Positions 47,328 to 57,045 of a stretch of 64,000 bases of DNA are shown piece after piece (position 1 is the first letter of the stretch; every line of letters begins with the position of its first letter). The notes under the pieces were generated by a model. That model was not told where the DNA came from. It saw only the letters and a program-made list of their open reading frames with translations, and ran no database searches. The position numbers were made by a program, and so were the translations under genes. Source of the DNA: a virus; IMG/VR virus record IMGVR_UViG_3300020478_000003, positions 60,361-124,360 of that record; one strand, given 5' to 3'.

Positions 47328-47747
47328 ATGAATAAGCAGGAAACTGAATGGGATAGAGTTATGCGGGCTTACCATAAAGGTAATGCAATGCGACTCAAAG
47401 AACTCAAAGCCAAAAGAGAACGGCACCGGGAAGTATATGAATCAAAGGGAGAAAAATCTACCTGTGAAGAAATTCAAGCTATATTTAAAGCCGGTGGATT
47501 TATTATTGATGTAAGAAATCCTGTTGACTATATATCAGGTGGTAAAATACATAATGCAGTTAATGTTCCAATACACGAAATAATAAATTGGTGCAATGCG
47601 AATGAAGAAATAAATTATGATACAGAAATTCTTCTGTATTCAAATACCGGAAATATGGCTGGATCAGCTAAACAAATGTTAGAAGCACATCTATATACCA
47701 ATGTGACTAATATCGGTACACACAAATGGTATACACTTTGTAGCTAA
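47328..47747 (+). CDS. Rhodanese-domain protein with Ser at the catalytic Cys position
   Basis: IIDVRNPVDY...IHNAVNVP...LLYSNTGNMA...TNVTNIG. Confidence 0.8.
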   Translation: MNKQETEWDRVMRAYHKGNAMRLKELKAKRERHREVYESKGEKSTCEEIQAIFKAGGFIIDVRNPVDYISGGKIHNAVNVPIHEIINWCNANEEINYDTEILLYSNTGNMAGSAKQMLEAHLYTNVTNIGTHKWYTLCS

Positions 47748-47764
47748 ACTTTTCAATATGTCGT

Positions 47765-47772
47765 TATAAATA
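47765..47772 (+). promoter_or_regulatory. T4-type late promoter
   Basis: TATAAATA upstream of 47798. Confidence 0.75.
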
Positions 47773-47797
47773 CGACTTGAAAGATAGGAGTATTTTA

Positions 47798-47941
47798 ATG
47801 ATAATAGTAAATATGGACTGCGATGACTGTCAAGGAACCTGTACAGTCGAACACGATCTTGAGGAAACATTATATGAAGTAGAATATTGTCCTTTCTGTG
47901 GTGCGGAAGATATTCAAATAGAAATAACTGAGGAAGAGTGA
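47798..47941 (+). CDS. Small zinc-ribbon protein (47 aa), not in the ORF track
   Basis: AGGAG SD; CDDC...CPFCG. Confidence 0.7.
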   Translation: MIIVNMDCDDCQGTCTVEHDLEETLYEVEYCPFCGAEDIQIEITEEE

Positions 47942-48513
47942 TAATTGGAATCGACTATTCAATGACTTCACCCGCAGTTTGTGTGGGAACGATTCCTTTT
48001 AGATATGATACCTGTAAGTTTATGTTCATCACGAAAAACAAGAAACTTGATGGACCTCACTCCCCAAACATCGTCGGACACTCTTTATACGAGTATACAG
48101 ACAATCTAGAAAGATTTACAAAACTTGCTAATATGACCGTAGACTGGATAATCTCTCAGTCTTCAACCATATGGCAACTAACTGGAGTTACCCCAAATTC
48201 TATTGGTATAGAAGGATATGCTTTCGGTGCTAAAGGACAAGTATTTAATATAGGTGAAAACACCGGAATACTAAAATATAAATTAGCCGAAAGGGTATCT
48301 GATGATATTAATGTTCATTCCCCTACCACAATCAAAAAATTCGCAACTGGAAAAGGAAACGCTAATAAAGAATTGATGTACAAAGCGTTTGTTGATGAAA
48401 CTGGAGACGACCTTGCTCAATTGTTTGAATTCGATCCTTACACGGGACAATCCCCTGTCTCTGATATTATAGATTCTTATTATATAGCCAAATACCAGCA
48501 TTCAAACTCATAA
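47938..48513 (+). CDS. RuvC-like Holliday junction resolvase
   Basis: IGIDYS, IEGYAF, KKFATGKGNANK and DIIDS motifs. Confidence 0.85.
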   Translation: MIIGIDYSMTSPAVCVGTIPFRYDTCKFMFITKNKKLDGPHSPNIVGHSLYEYTDNLERFTKLANMTVDWIISQSSTIWQLTGVTPNSIGIEGYAFGAKGQVFNIGENTGILKYKLAERVSDDINVHSPTTIKKFATGKGNANKELMYKAFVDETGDDLAQLFEFDPYTGQSPVSDIIDSYYIAKYQHSNS

Positions 48514-48524
48514 ATATCTATATT

Positions 48525-51500
48525 ATGAGTGAAGAACCCCAACAAGTTATTCAAGAAGACATATTTAAATATGATCCGATTACCGAATGGAATAATCTAG
48601 TAATCGAATTCGGAATGCCGTCTACGGATGGTAACCTGCGACTTACTGAAATCTGTTTGGCTGCCGAATCTTGTCTAGAAGCCTCCAATAACGCTACAAA
48701 ATTATCTTTTACAGATATCGCCTTTGAACCAGCAAGATCCTCTCCTGTTCAAAAAATCATAAGAACTCTTTTTGGAGAAGAAACCGGTATAGAGATAGAA
48801 ACTTACGCGGCTGTAGAAGCTGGAGTTGCGTATTTTATGAGTCCTCCCGTTTCAGTTGATATTGCTATATTAGAAAAACATTGGGCAGTAGAAGTTATCA
48901 ATCAAAAAATGGATATTAGTTTTAAGCCTTGGTTTGATGATATCTGGACAGATCCTTATGAAGAAAAACTCGTAAGAAATGCTACCTGGCATCGAAGATG
49001 GACAATGAATCCACTTGCAGTCGGAAATGTTGTGAGGGGTAATAGACCTATTACCGGTAATTGGGATACTGATGGAGAACCATATTGGGAAATAACTTGG
49101 GAAGCAATCGATGTGGGTAAGTGTAGTTATGGTGGAGCCATCGATCAGTTATCTTGTGAATCAACACAGATTCCAGGAGGTGGATTTTGCAGACAAGCAA
49201 ACATTGATCAACCACGTGTTACTAGTGGACAATACATAGCCACCTGTACAGATCCTCAATACACGACAAGAACGACCTGTATGAATGCCACCATATCATT
49301 TTGTTCTGATCCACAATGGGTAACTCAATTAGATTGCGAAAGTCAAATACCAGCAGAAACTTGGTCAACGGTCAATGCGGGAAATACTTGGGAAGTACAT
49401 CATCAAGTGTATAATGATGTAGAGGAACTTCTCCCGATAACTGAAAGTCTTTGCGAAGGAACATATGGTGGTGGAACTTGGTATTCTTCTCAGAATTGGA
49501 GTGGTGGTGATTTGATTCCTGGAAAATGCTATTACACTCATCCATCTTACAGTTATCAATGGTATGTCCACTCCCAGATTGAAACAAGAGAAGAATGTAT
49601 GGTCACGCTCTCCGCTTATTCAAACTGGGATCCATACTATAGAATGTGGATAGAACAAACTAATACGTGGACACAAGAATATGCAAAATGGAGACCATCT
49701 CAGTCTACTATGAATTATCATAAACATTATAATATATTAACCCACGATAATCATAGAAAATGGCCGGGAAAACACGTAACAAATATACACAATATGATGG
49801 GTACCACGCATCGAATGTATTATAGTGATGTTGGTGGTAGTTGGGGTAATGGTCCTGAAGTTGGTCGATCTTCTATTGCGACTTGGGTTACTAACACATT
49901 TGACTGGCCGGACAATGATCATACCTTTGATTATTGTTACGATTCAGGATGGAATCCAATTTCTGAATGGTCTCCTCCTGATTATAATGATCAAGGAGTA
50001 GCCTGTCTAGCCGCAGGAACTTGTAGTAATGCTTCATATAATAACGATGAATCCACTTGCTTATCTTTTTATGTCTGTTCTGCAGGAGGTTTTACTAATG
50101 AATCTGATTGTATAAATCATCACGTATGTTCTGATTCTCAATGGACCAATGAGAGTTCTTGTCTCAATGAAGGTACTTGTTGGATAACTATAAATTTTAA
50201 TGGATGGCATTTTACTGTTCAAGCCCATAATTACACTAATAATCCAGGTGGATGTGCCGCAATTGGAGGTGGATTCCTCCCTGCCGGAAATACCTGGAAT
50301 AATGCAGGATATTCTTGGGTTCACGAATTTACTTGGAACAGCCATAATTATCAATGGTCGACTCAAGTTCCATATATTGAAGTTGATGTTCCACCAAATC
50401 CTGAATATTACTGGAATCTTTCATTTCCAGCACACACATTTGTAAATACTAACGATAGTATGGTTGGAGCTGAATTTGGATATAATACTGTATCTTCAGG
50501 ACAACAACCGAATTTTTCTAAGATTCGATGGAAACCACCCCAATATAACTCCAATGAGTGGGATAAAACTTATTTTAGACCTGATAAATTTAGAATTTAT
50601 CGTGCTCCTTATTTTTCTCCACTTAATTTGCAGTTAACAGATTCCGATTACGAAGCAGATATGTGGAAACTTGCAGGAGAAGTTATATGTACTGATGATT
50701 CAGCTTACCATTATTTTTATGATTCTCGGGAAGATATGATGAAAGAAAATTTAGCCGCTTTCCAAGGAGCATATTATGCTATTACCGCAGTATGGGAAGA
50801 TTGGAATTTTAAAAGAGGATGGAAACTTGACCGATTAGATGGTATTTACGGATATCATTGGGATCCTCGATATTATCAAACTTGGTCATCTTATATTAGC
50901 TTAACTCATCCGCAAGGTTCACAATATGGAACCTATCACGTTGATGGAACTTGCTCCAGTTATAATACTACATATCTAGATCAAGCATCTTGTGAAGCCG
51001 CTGGTACTTGTTCTGATAATCAGTACACAGACGAAGCAACTTGTGTAATCTATGGAACCTGTTCTAATAATTGGAATACAGGTGCAGGATGGCCGTGGCA
51101 GAATCAAACAGATTGTGAAAATGGAGGCTTCTGTAGCGGAAACTCTAATTATCACAATAATAAAGCAGGATGTCTTGCTTGGGGAACTTGCTCAAATTCT
51201 GGCTATAACAATAATGAAACCCTATGTCTACAATGGGGATATTGTTCCGATTCTCAATATAATAATCAAGGACCAGAAATGTGTTTGGCTCCGGGGTGGT
51301 GTAGTGACGGAGTTTCTCCAGATAAAACTACTTGTGAAAATTTAGGATTCGTATGGAATTCCAATAATAGTTGGAGTTCAACGTATAACTGGTATCCGAC
51401 CTACACTTGGCTTCAAGAAACTTGGACTATGAATACCTGGAATAATTCTGGTTATTGGTGGATCCCTGGAACCTGGAGTGGTAATTATAACAATGTTAGT

Positions 51501-52034
51501 TTAGATGTGGTTGAGAATACGTTGAATACTAATGGTGCATCCTGGTCAGGATACGAAAATGCTATTAAAGTTGGTAACATTGGACAATATAGAACTTATA
51601 GAGCATCAGGATATTTCAAAGCACCTGTAACTGGAACATACACATTTGAAATCAAATCTGATGATGCTTCTTTTATGTGGATGGGTAACAGTGGTGAGGA
51701 TCTTTTGATGCTAACCATCACGAGAGATGAGATGAACTATCTATGTGGCGCTCCTGCCCAGCACGGTGATAGAATTAATCTCGGACAAATCTATCTTACA
51801 GAAGGTGATGTATATCCTATGCTTGCTTATATGGAAAATACCGGAGGACCAGGCACTTTTGATATTAGAATGAAGATTCCAAGTGGTAATTGGAATAGCA
51901 ATGCAGGGGATGAATGGAGATATGTAGCCCCTTATGTGATGCCTGGAGATGCAGATCCGCTTGTCGAGGGAGATGGACAAACAGTAGAGGGGAAATGGGC
52001 GGCAACCTCTGTTTATGCTTATTATACTGACTGA
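48525..52034 (+). CDS. Large Cys/Trp-rich repeat protein with a C-terminal PA14-like domain (putative virion fibre/adhesin)
   Basis: About 13 C-S-x(8-17)-C units; GYFKAPVTGTYTFEIKSDDAS...HG...YP PA14 signature; CATAAATA late-promoter variant at 48509. Confidence 0.75.
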   Translation: MSEEPQQVIQEDIFKYDPITEWNNLVIEFGMPSTDGNLRLTEICLAAESCLEASNNATKLSFTDIAFEPARSSPVQKIIRTLFGEETGIEIETYAAVEAGVAYFMSPPVSVDIAILEKHWAVEVINQKMDISFKPWFDDIWTDPYEEKLVRNATWHRRWTMNPLAVGNVVRGNRPITGNWDTDGEPYWEITWEAIDVGKCSYGGAIDQLSCESTQIPGGGFCRQANIDQPRVTSGQYIATCTDPQYTTRTTCMNATISFCSDPQWVTQLDCESQIPAETWSTVNAGNTWEVHHQVYNDVEELLPITESLCEGTYGGGTWYSSQNWSGGDLIPGKCYYTHPSYSYQWYVHSQIETREECMVTLSAYSNWDPYYRMWIEQTNTWTQEYAKWRPSQSTMNYHKHYNILTHDNHRKWPGKHVTNIHNMMGTTHRMYYSDVGGSWGNGPEVGRSSIATWVTNTFDWPDNDHTFDYCYDSGWNPISEWSPPDYNDQGVACLAAGTCSNASYNNDESTCLSFYVCSAGGFTNESDCINHHVCSDSQWTNESSCLNEGTCWITINFNGWHFTVQAHNYTNNPGGCAAIGGGFLPAGNTWNNAGYSWVHEFTWNSHNYQWSTQVPYIEVDVPPNPEYYWNLSFPAHTFVNTNDSMVGAEFGYNTVSSGQQPNFSKIRWKPPQYNSNEWDKTYFRPDKFRIYRAPYFSPLNLQLTDSDYEADMWKLAGEVICTDDSAYHYFYDSREDMMKENLAAFQGAYYAITAVWEDWNFKRGWKLDRLDGIYGYHWDPRYYQTWSSYISLTHPQGSQYGTYHVDGTCSSYNTTYLDQASCEAAGTCSDNQYTDEATCVIYGTCSNNWNTGAGWPWQNQTDCENGGFCSGNSNYHNNKAGCLAWGTCSNSGYNNNETLCLQWGYCSDSQYNNQGPEMCLAPGWCSDGVSPDKTTCENLGFVWNSNNSWSSTYNWYPTYTWLQETWTMNTWNNSGYWWIPGTWSGNYNNVSLDVVENTLNTNGASWSGYENAIKVGNIGQYRTYRASGYFKAPVTGTYTFEIKSDDASFMWMGNSGEDLLMLTITRDEMNYLCGAPAQHGDRINLGQIYLTEGDVYPMLAYMENTGGPGTFDIRMKIPSGNWNSNAGDEWRYVAPYVMPGDADPLVEGDGQTVEGKWAATSVYAYYTD

Positions 52035-52045
52035 TGATAAATGTC

Positions 52046-52074
52046 TTGACAAATCTATTTTATGTCTGTATAAT
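52046..52074 (+). promoter_or_regulatory. sigma70-type promoter
   Basis: TTGACA-17 nt-TATAAT with extended -10 TG. Confidence 0.85.
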
Positions 52075-52164
52075 ACTTACATTACCAACATCAAAAACTA
52101 TGTTGATTGGACTTTTTTACGCATATATCTATATGCACCTACTTTTAAATTACTGGTATTAATT

Positions 52165-52374
52165 ATGGAAAAAACGAAAAAAATGGGAGATGGAGTATGC
52201 TGTCCCGTAGGAGAAGAATGCCCACCAGAACCTCCTAAACCCGAAGATATAACTGGATCTGTAAAACAATATGTTAATCCTTATGCGATTCCCTATGTTC
52301 AGAGTGACCATTTAAAGAATCTCATTAAGAAAAAAGAAGCACTTGACAAGAAACAGAGACCGCCAAAAATATAA
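52165..52374 (+). CDS. Hypothetical protein (69 aa)
   Basis: Start moved to ATG 52165 because the promoter lies inside the track ORF's 5' extension. Confidence 0.55.
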   Translation: MEKTKKMGDGVCCPVGEECPPEPPKPEDITGSVKQYVNPYAIPYVQSDHLKNLIKKKEALDKKQRPPKI

Positions 52375-52922
52375 TGTATAAAGTGATTGATAAGTTTTTA
52401 GATGATGATTGTTTTCACAAAATAGCATCTCTTACAGAACAAGTACCTTGGTATTTCCAGAAAACTGTTGCTACACAGAACGATATTGGAGATAATATAT
52501 TTTTGATGTCTCATATGTTCTACGCCAAAAACTCTCCTGTTAGTCCTTTCTATGAAAAACTAATTCCGTTAGTAGAGAAATTAGGAACAGACAGTTTAAT
52601 ACGAATAAAAGCCAATCTTTATCCAAATACAGAAAGATTGCACGAACACGCAATGCACCAAGATTTTGAATATCCAAATACGGCAGCCCTATTATATTTG
52701 AATACTTGTGATGGATATACTAAATTAAAGGATGGTACAAAAATTTCAAGCATCGCAAATCGATTACTAATTTTTGATTCAAGCGAAGATCATTGTTCAA
52801 CCACTACAACGGATGTTCCTGCGAGATTTAATATCAATATAAATTACATTATGCCTCCGAAACATCCTACTCAAAAATACAGGAGACTCCAGCATCCTGA
52901 ATTAAGAGAATTTAGAACTTGA
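52374..52922 (+). CDS. 2OG-Fe(II) oxygenase-like protein
   Basis: RIKANL, HQD, YLNTCDGYT, H.ST and R.NININY motifs. Confidence 0.8.
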   Translation: MYKVIDKFLDDDCFHKIASLTEQVPWYFQKTVATQNDIGDNIFLMSHMFYAKNSPVSPFYEKLIPLVEKLGTDSLIRIKANLYPNTERLHEHAMHQDFEYPNTAALLYLNTCDGYTKLKDGTKISSIANRLLIFDSSEDHCSTTTTDVPARFNININYIMPPKHPTQKYRRLQHPELREFRT

Positions 52923-52947
52923 CAATGACCAGCAATTAACGTATAAT
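52919..52947 (+). promoter_or_regulatory. sigma70-type promoter
   Basis: TTGACA-17 nt-TATAAT. Confidence 0.9.
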
Positions 52948-52990
52948 GTCTATATGAAGTGAAAAATCAATCAATTCTTTAAGGAGAAAT

Positions 52991-53467
52991 ATGGCAGAGA
53001 CATATAAGATTTTGATCACGGAGGACAATGCAGAGAAGGAGCTAACCCGTGAGGATATAGTTGAAATGCTCTACAATGATGTAGCAACCGTTACATTTAC
53101 CAAAAAAGATGGGACTGAAAGAGTGATGGAATGTACATTACTCCAGAAAGTTTTAGATGAACGAGCACCAACAATAGCTAAAAAGGATGATCCAGAAGAA
53201 GTAAAAGAACAATATACAAAAGATTTCAAAGAGTGGTTTAAGCCGATTGCGAATCCTGATGAAATAGAAATCGTACCGGTTGTAGATAATGTACCACAGC
53301 CAAGCAAAAGAGAACCGAATCCACATACTATTGCAGTATATGATATACCAGCAGACGGCTGGAGATCATTTAGACTAGACTCTATCAAGAGTATAGGGTT
53401 TCCTACCAGTATTTACACCGACGACGGAATAGTTTATCCAACGGAGTTTGGTAATCCACAATTATAA
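52991..53467 (+). CDS. WYL-like/SH3-fold phage protein
   Basis: VTFTKKDGTERVMECTL...VYD....WRSFRLDSI. Confidence 0.75.
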   Translation: MAETYKILITEDNAEKELTREDIVEMLYNDVATVTFTKKDGTERVMECTLLQKVLDERAPTIAKKDDPEEVKEQYTKDFKEWFKPIANPDEIEIVPVVDNVPQPSKREPNPHTIAVYDIPADGWRSFRLDSIKSIGFPTSIYTDDGIVYPTEFGNPQL

Positions 53468-53479
53468 TAAGGATCGTCT

Positions 53480-55303
53480 ATGACAATGAGAAAGAACGAT
53501 ATTAAAGTTCTTTCCGAGGTCGAACACGTCCTTCTCCGCCCAGGAATGTATGTCGGGGACACCACTTTGGGGTCCCACGACAAATGGGTGATGAAGGATG
53601 GTTCAATCGTGAAGGAAAAAGTGAAAATTGTACCAGCTTTTCTCAAGCTATTTGATGAAATTGTGTCAAATAGTATTGATGAGGGATTCAGGACAGATTT
53701 CAAATTTGCAAACGAGATTAAAATTTACGTAGAAGATAATGGGAAAATAACGGTCATTGATAATGGTCGTGGTATTCCCGTTGTAGATATTCCAGATTTG
53801 GGTAAAACTCAAGCCGAATTAGCATTCACTAATTTACGTGCTGGAGCTAATTTTGAAGATGATGGTCACGTTTCAATCGGAACACACGGACTCGGTTCTA
53901 CTTTAGTCAATATTTTATCAAAGAAATTCATAGCCCATACCGATGACGGAAAGAAGCATTTCCGACTACATTGCGGACACAATCTGTCCGAAATTGATAC
54001 AGAGATAACAAAGACCAAAGGTGTTGTTGGGACTAATGTTTCATTTTTCCCAGACTTTGAGAAACTCGGTATGAAAGCAATTGATAATGACCACAAAAAC
54101 CTGATTGAGAAGCGGGTTTATGATTTAGCAGTATGTTTTCCAAAGATACGATTTAAATTTAATGGTCGGGTCGTTCAAGCAAGCACATTCAAGCAATATC
54201 TTAAAAAAATTGGTGACCACTTTGTTGAACTAGAAACAAGTAAGTTTAAAGTGGCTGTTCTTCCAGCCGAAACATACGAACACATATCGTTTATTAACGG
54301 TATTGATACCTTCGGTGGTGGAGTACATAATGATATAGTTTCCAATGATATTAGCTGGACTCTGAAAGAAGCAATCAAAAAGAAGCATCGGATCGCAGTA
54401 AGGGCTTCGGATATAAAAAATCATCTATGTTTCGTTACTATTACGAATTCTGTGGGTGATCCAAAATTTGATTCTCAGACAAAAGAACGCCTGACTAACA
54501 ATGCAAATGATATCAAACCCATATTCGACGGTATTCTTGATGAAAAATTTATCAATAGAATTCTGAGGAATGATGAGTTAATCCAACCCATTATTGAAAC
54601 TCTTCTGCTTAAAAAGCAATTGGCTGATGCAAGAGCATTGAAAAAAGCCAATAAGGGAATGAAGAAAAAGAAAGTTGCTTCCCACATATCAGCATCTTCC
54701 AAATATCCTGAAGATAAGATACTGTTTATAACAGAGGGTCAATCCGCAATTTCCAATCTAATTAATGTAAGAGATACAGAAACCCAAGGTGGATTTCCAT
54801 TGCGAGGGAAAGTACGTAATGTAAGAGAATTGAAACCCACCGAGATTATGAAAAACAAAGAATTATCTGAACTGATGTCCATCATAGGACTAGAACTCGG
54901 TGAACCAGCAGAAGATTTGAATTATGGGACCATTGGAATTCTAGCGGATGCTGATTTCGATGGATTCTCTATAGCCGCCCTTTTAATCAATTTCTTCTCT
55001 AACTGGAAAGAACTGTTTGAGGATGGGCGAATATTGTTGATTAAATCTCCAATTGTCATTGCTAAGAAGGGTAAGGAAGTCAAAAGATTCTATGATCTGG
55101 AAGACTATGCAAAGGAATCGCTTGACAATAGCTGGTCAATTGAGTATAATAAGGGGTTAGGAAGTTTATCAGTAGAAGAGTACGATTTAATGATTAATGA
55201 TCCAATGACGGAAGTTATTAATTATGACGGTGAAGGAGATATTTCACTGGAAACTGCATTCGGAAAGAATCCTCTTCCGAGAAAACAATGGTTAATGCAA
55301 TGA
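53480..55303 (+). CDS. gp39: Type II topoisomerase ATPase/TOPRIM subunit (gp39+gp60 fused)
   Basis: EHVLLRPGMYVG, EIVSNSID, DNGRGIP, TEGQSA, PLRGK, DADFDG and YNKGLG motifs. Confidence 0.95.
   Translation: MTMRKNDIKVLSEVEHVLLRPGMYVGDTTLGSHDKWVMKDGSIVKEKVKIVPAFLKLFDEIVSNSIDEGFRTDFKFANEIKIYVEDNGKITVIDNGRGIPVVDIPDLGKTQAELAFTNLRAGANFEDDGHVSIGTHGLGSTLVNILSKKFIAHTDDGKKHFRLHCGHNLSEIDTEITKTKGVVGTNVSFFPDFEKLGMKAIDNDHKNLIEKRVYDLAVCFPKIRFKFNGRVVQASTFKQYLKKIGDHFVELETSKFKVAVLPAETYEHISFINGIDTFGGGVHNDIVSNDISWTLKEAIKKKHRIAVRASDIKNHLCFVTITNSVGDPKFDSQTKERLTNNANDIKPIFDGILDEKFINRILRNDELIQPIIETLLLKKQLADARALKKANKGMKKKKVASHISASSKYPEDKILFITEGQSAISNLINVRDTETQGGFPLRGKVRNVRELKPTEIMKNKELSELMSIIGLELGEPAEDLNYGTIGILADADFDGFSIAALLINFFSNWKELFEDGRILLIKSPIVIAKKGKEVKRFYDLEDYAKESLDNSWSIEYNKGLGSLSVEEYDLMINDPMTEVINYDGEGDISLETAFGKNPLPRKQWLMQ
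55122..55150 (+). promoter_or_regulatory. sigma70-type promoter embedded in the gp39 coding sequence
   Basis: TTGACA-17 nt-TATAAT ~150 nt upstream of gp52. Confidence 0.75.
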
Positions 55304-56589
55304 ACATAACTGAACTAATAAACGGACAATATAAAGATTACTCAAAATACGTCCTGTATTCACGGGCTATTCCTCATATGATTGATGGTCTCAAACCATC
55401 TCAGCGGAAGATACTTTATACGGCACTAAAAACTGCTAAAAATAGCCGTATCAAAACCGCCTCATTGAGTGGGAATACCATCTCACAAGCGAATTATCAT
55501 CACGGTGATGCTTCCTTAAATGAAGCAATTACAAAGATGGTTCAAGTACACTCAAATAATATTCCATTACTTGAGGGTGAAGGGAGTTTCGGATCGAGAT
55601 TAGTACCTGATGCCGCCGCACCACGATACACGTATGTCAAAATGAGCAAAAATTTTGATGCTTATTTTGCTGATACAATGGTAGCCGATAAAAGCATTGA
55701 TCCCGAAGATCCAGAACCAGCATTCTATTTACCCATTATTCCGTGGGTTCTAGTAAATGGAGTCAAAGGAATTGCAGTCGGATTTGCTACAGAGATACAA
55801 CCACGATGTCCAAAAGAAATTGCAAGATTATGTCAAGCATATCTTAATGGTAAAAATATAGACAATGAACTCCTACTTCCGGAATATCCTGAATTCTCTG
55901 GAGTTGTATGTGAGGAAAATGGTGAAGTGTGGTGTGAAGGAGCATTCAATCTAACAGGACACACCAAACTGGAGATAACTGAAGTTCCTATTGGATATAC
56001 CAGAGAAACATATGTCCAAGTCCTTGATAAATTAGAGGACACTGGTAAGATTGTCTCCTATACAGACAAATGTGATAAGTCGGGATTCAAGTTTGAAGTA
56101 ACATTAAAGCGTGGTAAGCATTTGAAACATCACCAGATTGTCTCCCTATTTAAATTACGAAGAAAGATTAACGAGAATATAACCGTTATTACTCACGAAG
56201 GGAAACTGAAAGTCTACGATTCTCCTATAGGTATCATTAAGGACTTTTGTGATTATAGGATTCTCAAGTATAATGAACGATATAAGTATTTAATATCAGA
56301 AGGATCCGAAAATCTTAGGGTCATTCAGGATAAGATTAAATTCATTCAAATGATTATTGATGGGAGATTAGACTTCAAAAACAAAAACCGTCAAGCAATC
56401 AAAAAAGACTTGACAATTCACTTTGAGGAGCGTATAATAGACACACTTATAAAAATGCCTATTTACTCTCTTTGTCAAGATGAAAAAGATAAACTGGTCA
56501 AAGAGGGAGAGGATCTGCATAAACAGATTCAAGACTGGAAAGTAATCGATACGACTAAAGAATTTATTAAAGAACTGAAGAGCCTATAA
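55300..56589 (+). CDS. gp52: Type II topoisomerase breakage-reunion subunit gp52
   Basis: RAIP..IDGLKPSQRK, YHHGD and AAPRY (catalytic Tyr) motifs. Confidence 0.95.
   Translation: MNITELINGQYKDYSKYVLYSRAIPHMIDGLKPSQRKILYTALKTAKNSRIKTASLSGNTISQANYHHGDASLNEAITKMVQVHSNNIPLLEGEGSFGSRLVPDAAAPRYTYVKMSKNFDAYFADTMVADKSIDPEDPEPAFYLPIIPWVLVNGVKGIAVGFATEIQPRCPKEIARLCQAYLNGKNIDNELLLPEYPEFSGVVCEENGEVWCEGAFNLTGHTKLEITEVPIGYTRETYVQVLDKLEDTGKIVSYTDKCDKSGFKFEVTLKRGKHLKHHQIVSLFKLRRKINENITVITHEGKLKVYDSPIGIIKDFCDYRILKYNERYKYLISEGSENLRVIQDKIKFIQMIIDGRLDFKNKNRQAIKKDLTIHFEERIIDTLIKMPIYSLCQDEKDKLVKEGEDLHKQIQDWKVIDTTKEFIKELKSL
56410..56438 (+). promoter_or_regulatory. sigma70-type promoter embedded in the gp52 coding sequence
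   Basis: AAAAAAGAC-TTGACA-17 nt-TATAAT. Confidence 0.8.
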
Positions 56590-56735
56590 TGGATTTTGTA
56601 GATGAAATACCAGAAGAAGCCGAAAGACCAGAACTTGTTCAAGCTATTAAGGAGCTGATTGTGGAAATTCGAGAACTTAAAGAGGCGATAAGGGAAATAA
56701 ATGCTCCGCCATCGGAAAGCGGTGCGATATTGTGA
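56589..56735 (+). CDS. Small coiled-coil protein (48 aa), not in the ORF track
   Basis: TAATG coupling to gp52; GTGA overlap with the next gene. Confidence 0.6.
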   Translation: MDFVDEIPEEAERPELVQAIKELIVEIRELKEAIREINAPPSESGAIL

Positions 56736-57043
56736 AATGGATTCTACTAGTTTATATACTAACACCCAACCCAGGATTTGAAGCATTTGACGGACTTACT
56801 GGAGAATTCTCACAAAGACGAATGGAATTTGTGATGGAATATGAACATTGTGCTAAAATGCAACTTCACATTAATTATATTCATAATTTCGTAGGAATTA
56901 CTCCATATCCATTTGTGAAATCGTTATACACAACTCATATAACGAATGGCGAAAAGGTATTAGGACGGTGTATATATGCTGATCCAGAAAATGTTCCCAA
57001 ATGGGCAGAAGACTTTTTGGGAGTTCCACCAACCGAGAATTAA
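56732..57043 (+). CDS. Hypothetical protein
   Basis: Coupled ORF, hydrophobic N-terminus. Confidence 0.6.
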   Translation: MKWILLVYILTPNPGFEAFDGLTGEFSQRRMEFVMEYEHCAKMQLHINYIHNFVGITPYPFVKSLYTTHITNGEKVLGRCIYADPENVPKWAEDFLGVPPTEN

Positions 57044-57045
57044 TT

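Noticed and set aside
52015-52164. 5' extension of the 52015-52374 ORF
   Set aside because: It overlaps the previous gene's end and contains a full sigma70 promoter; ATG 52165 is the likelier start (a 20 aa hydrophobic ORF at 52100-52162 is too short to support)
53480-55303. gp39-gp60 fusion as a novelty, or a gene 60-type ribosomal bypass
   Set aside because: The fused form is the usual state outside T4 itself and the frame is uninterrupted
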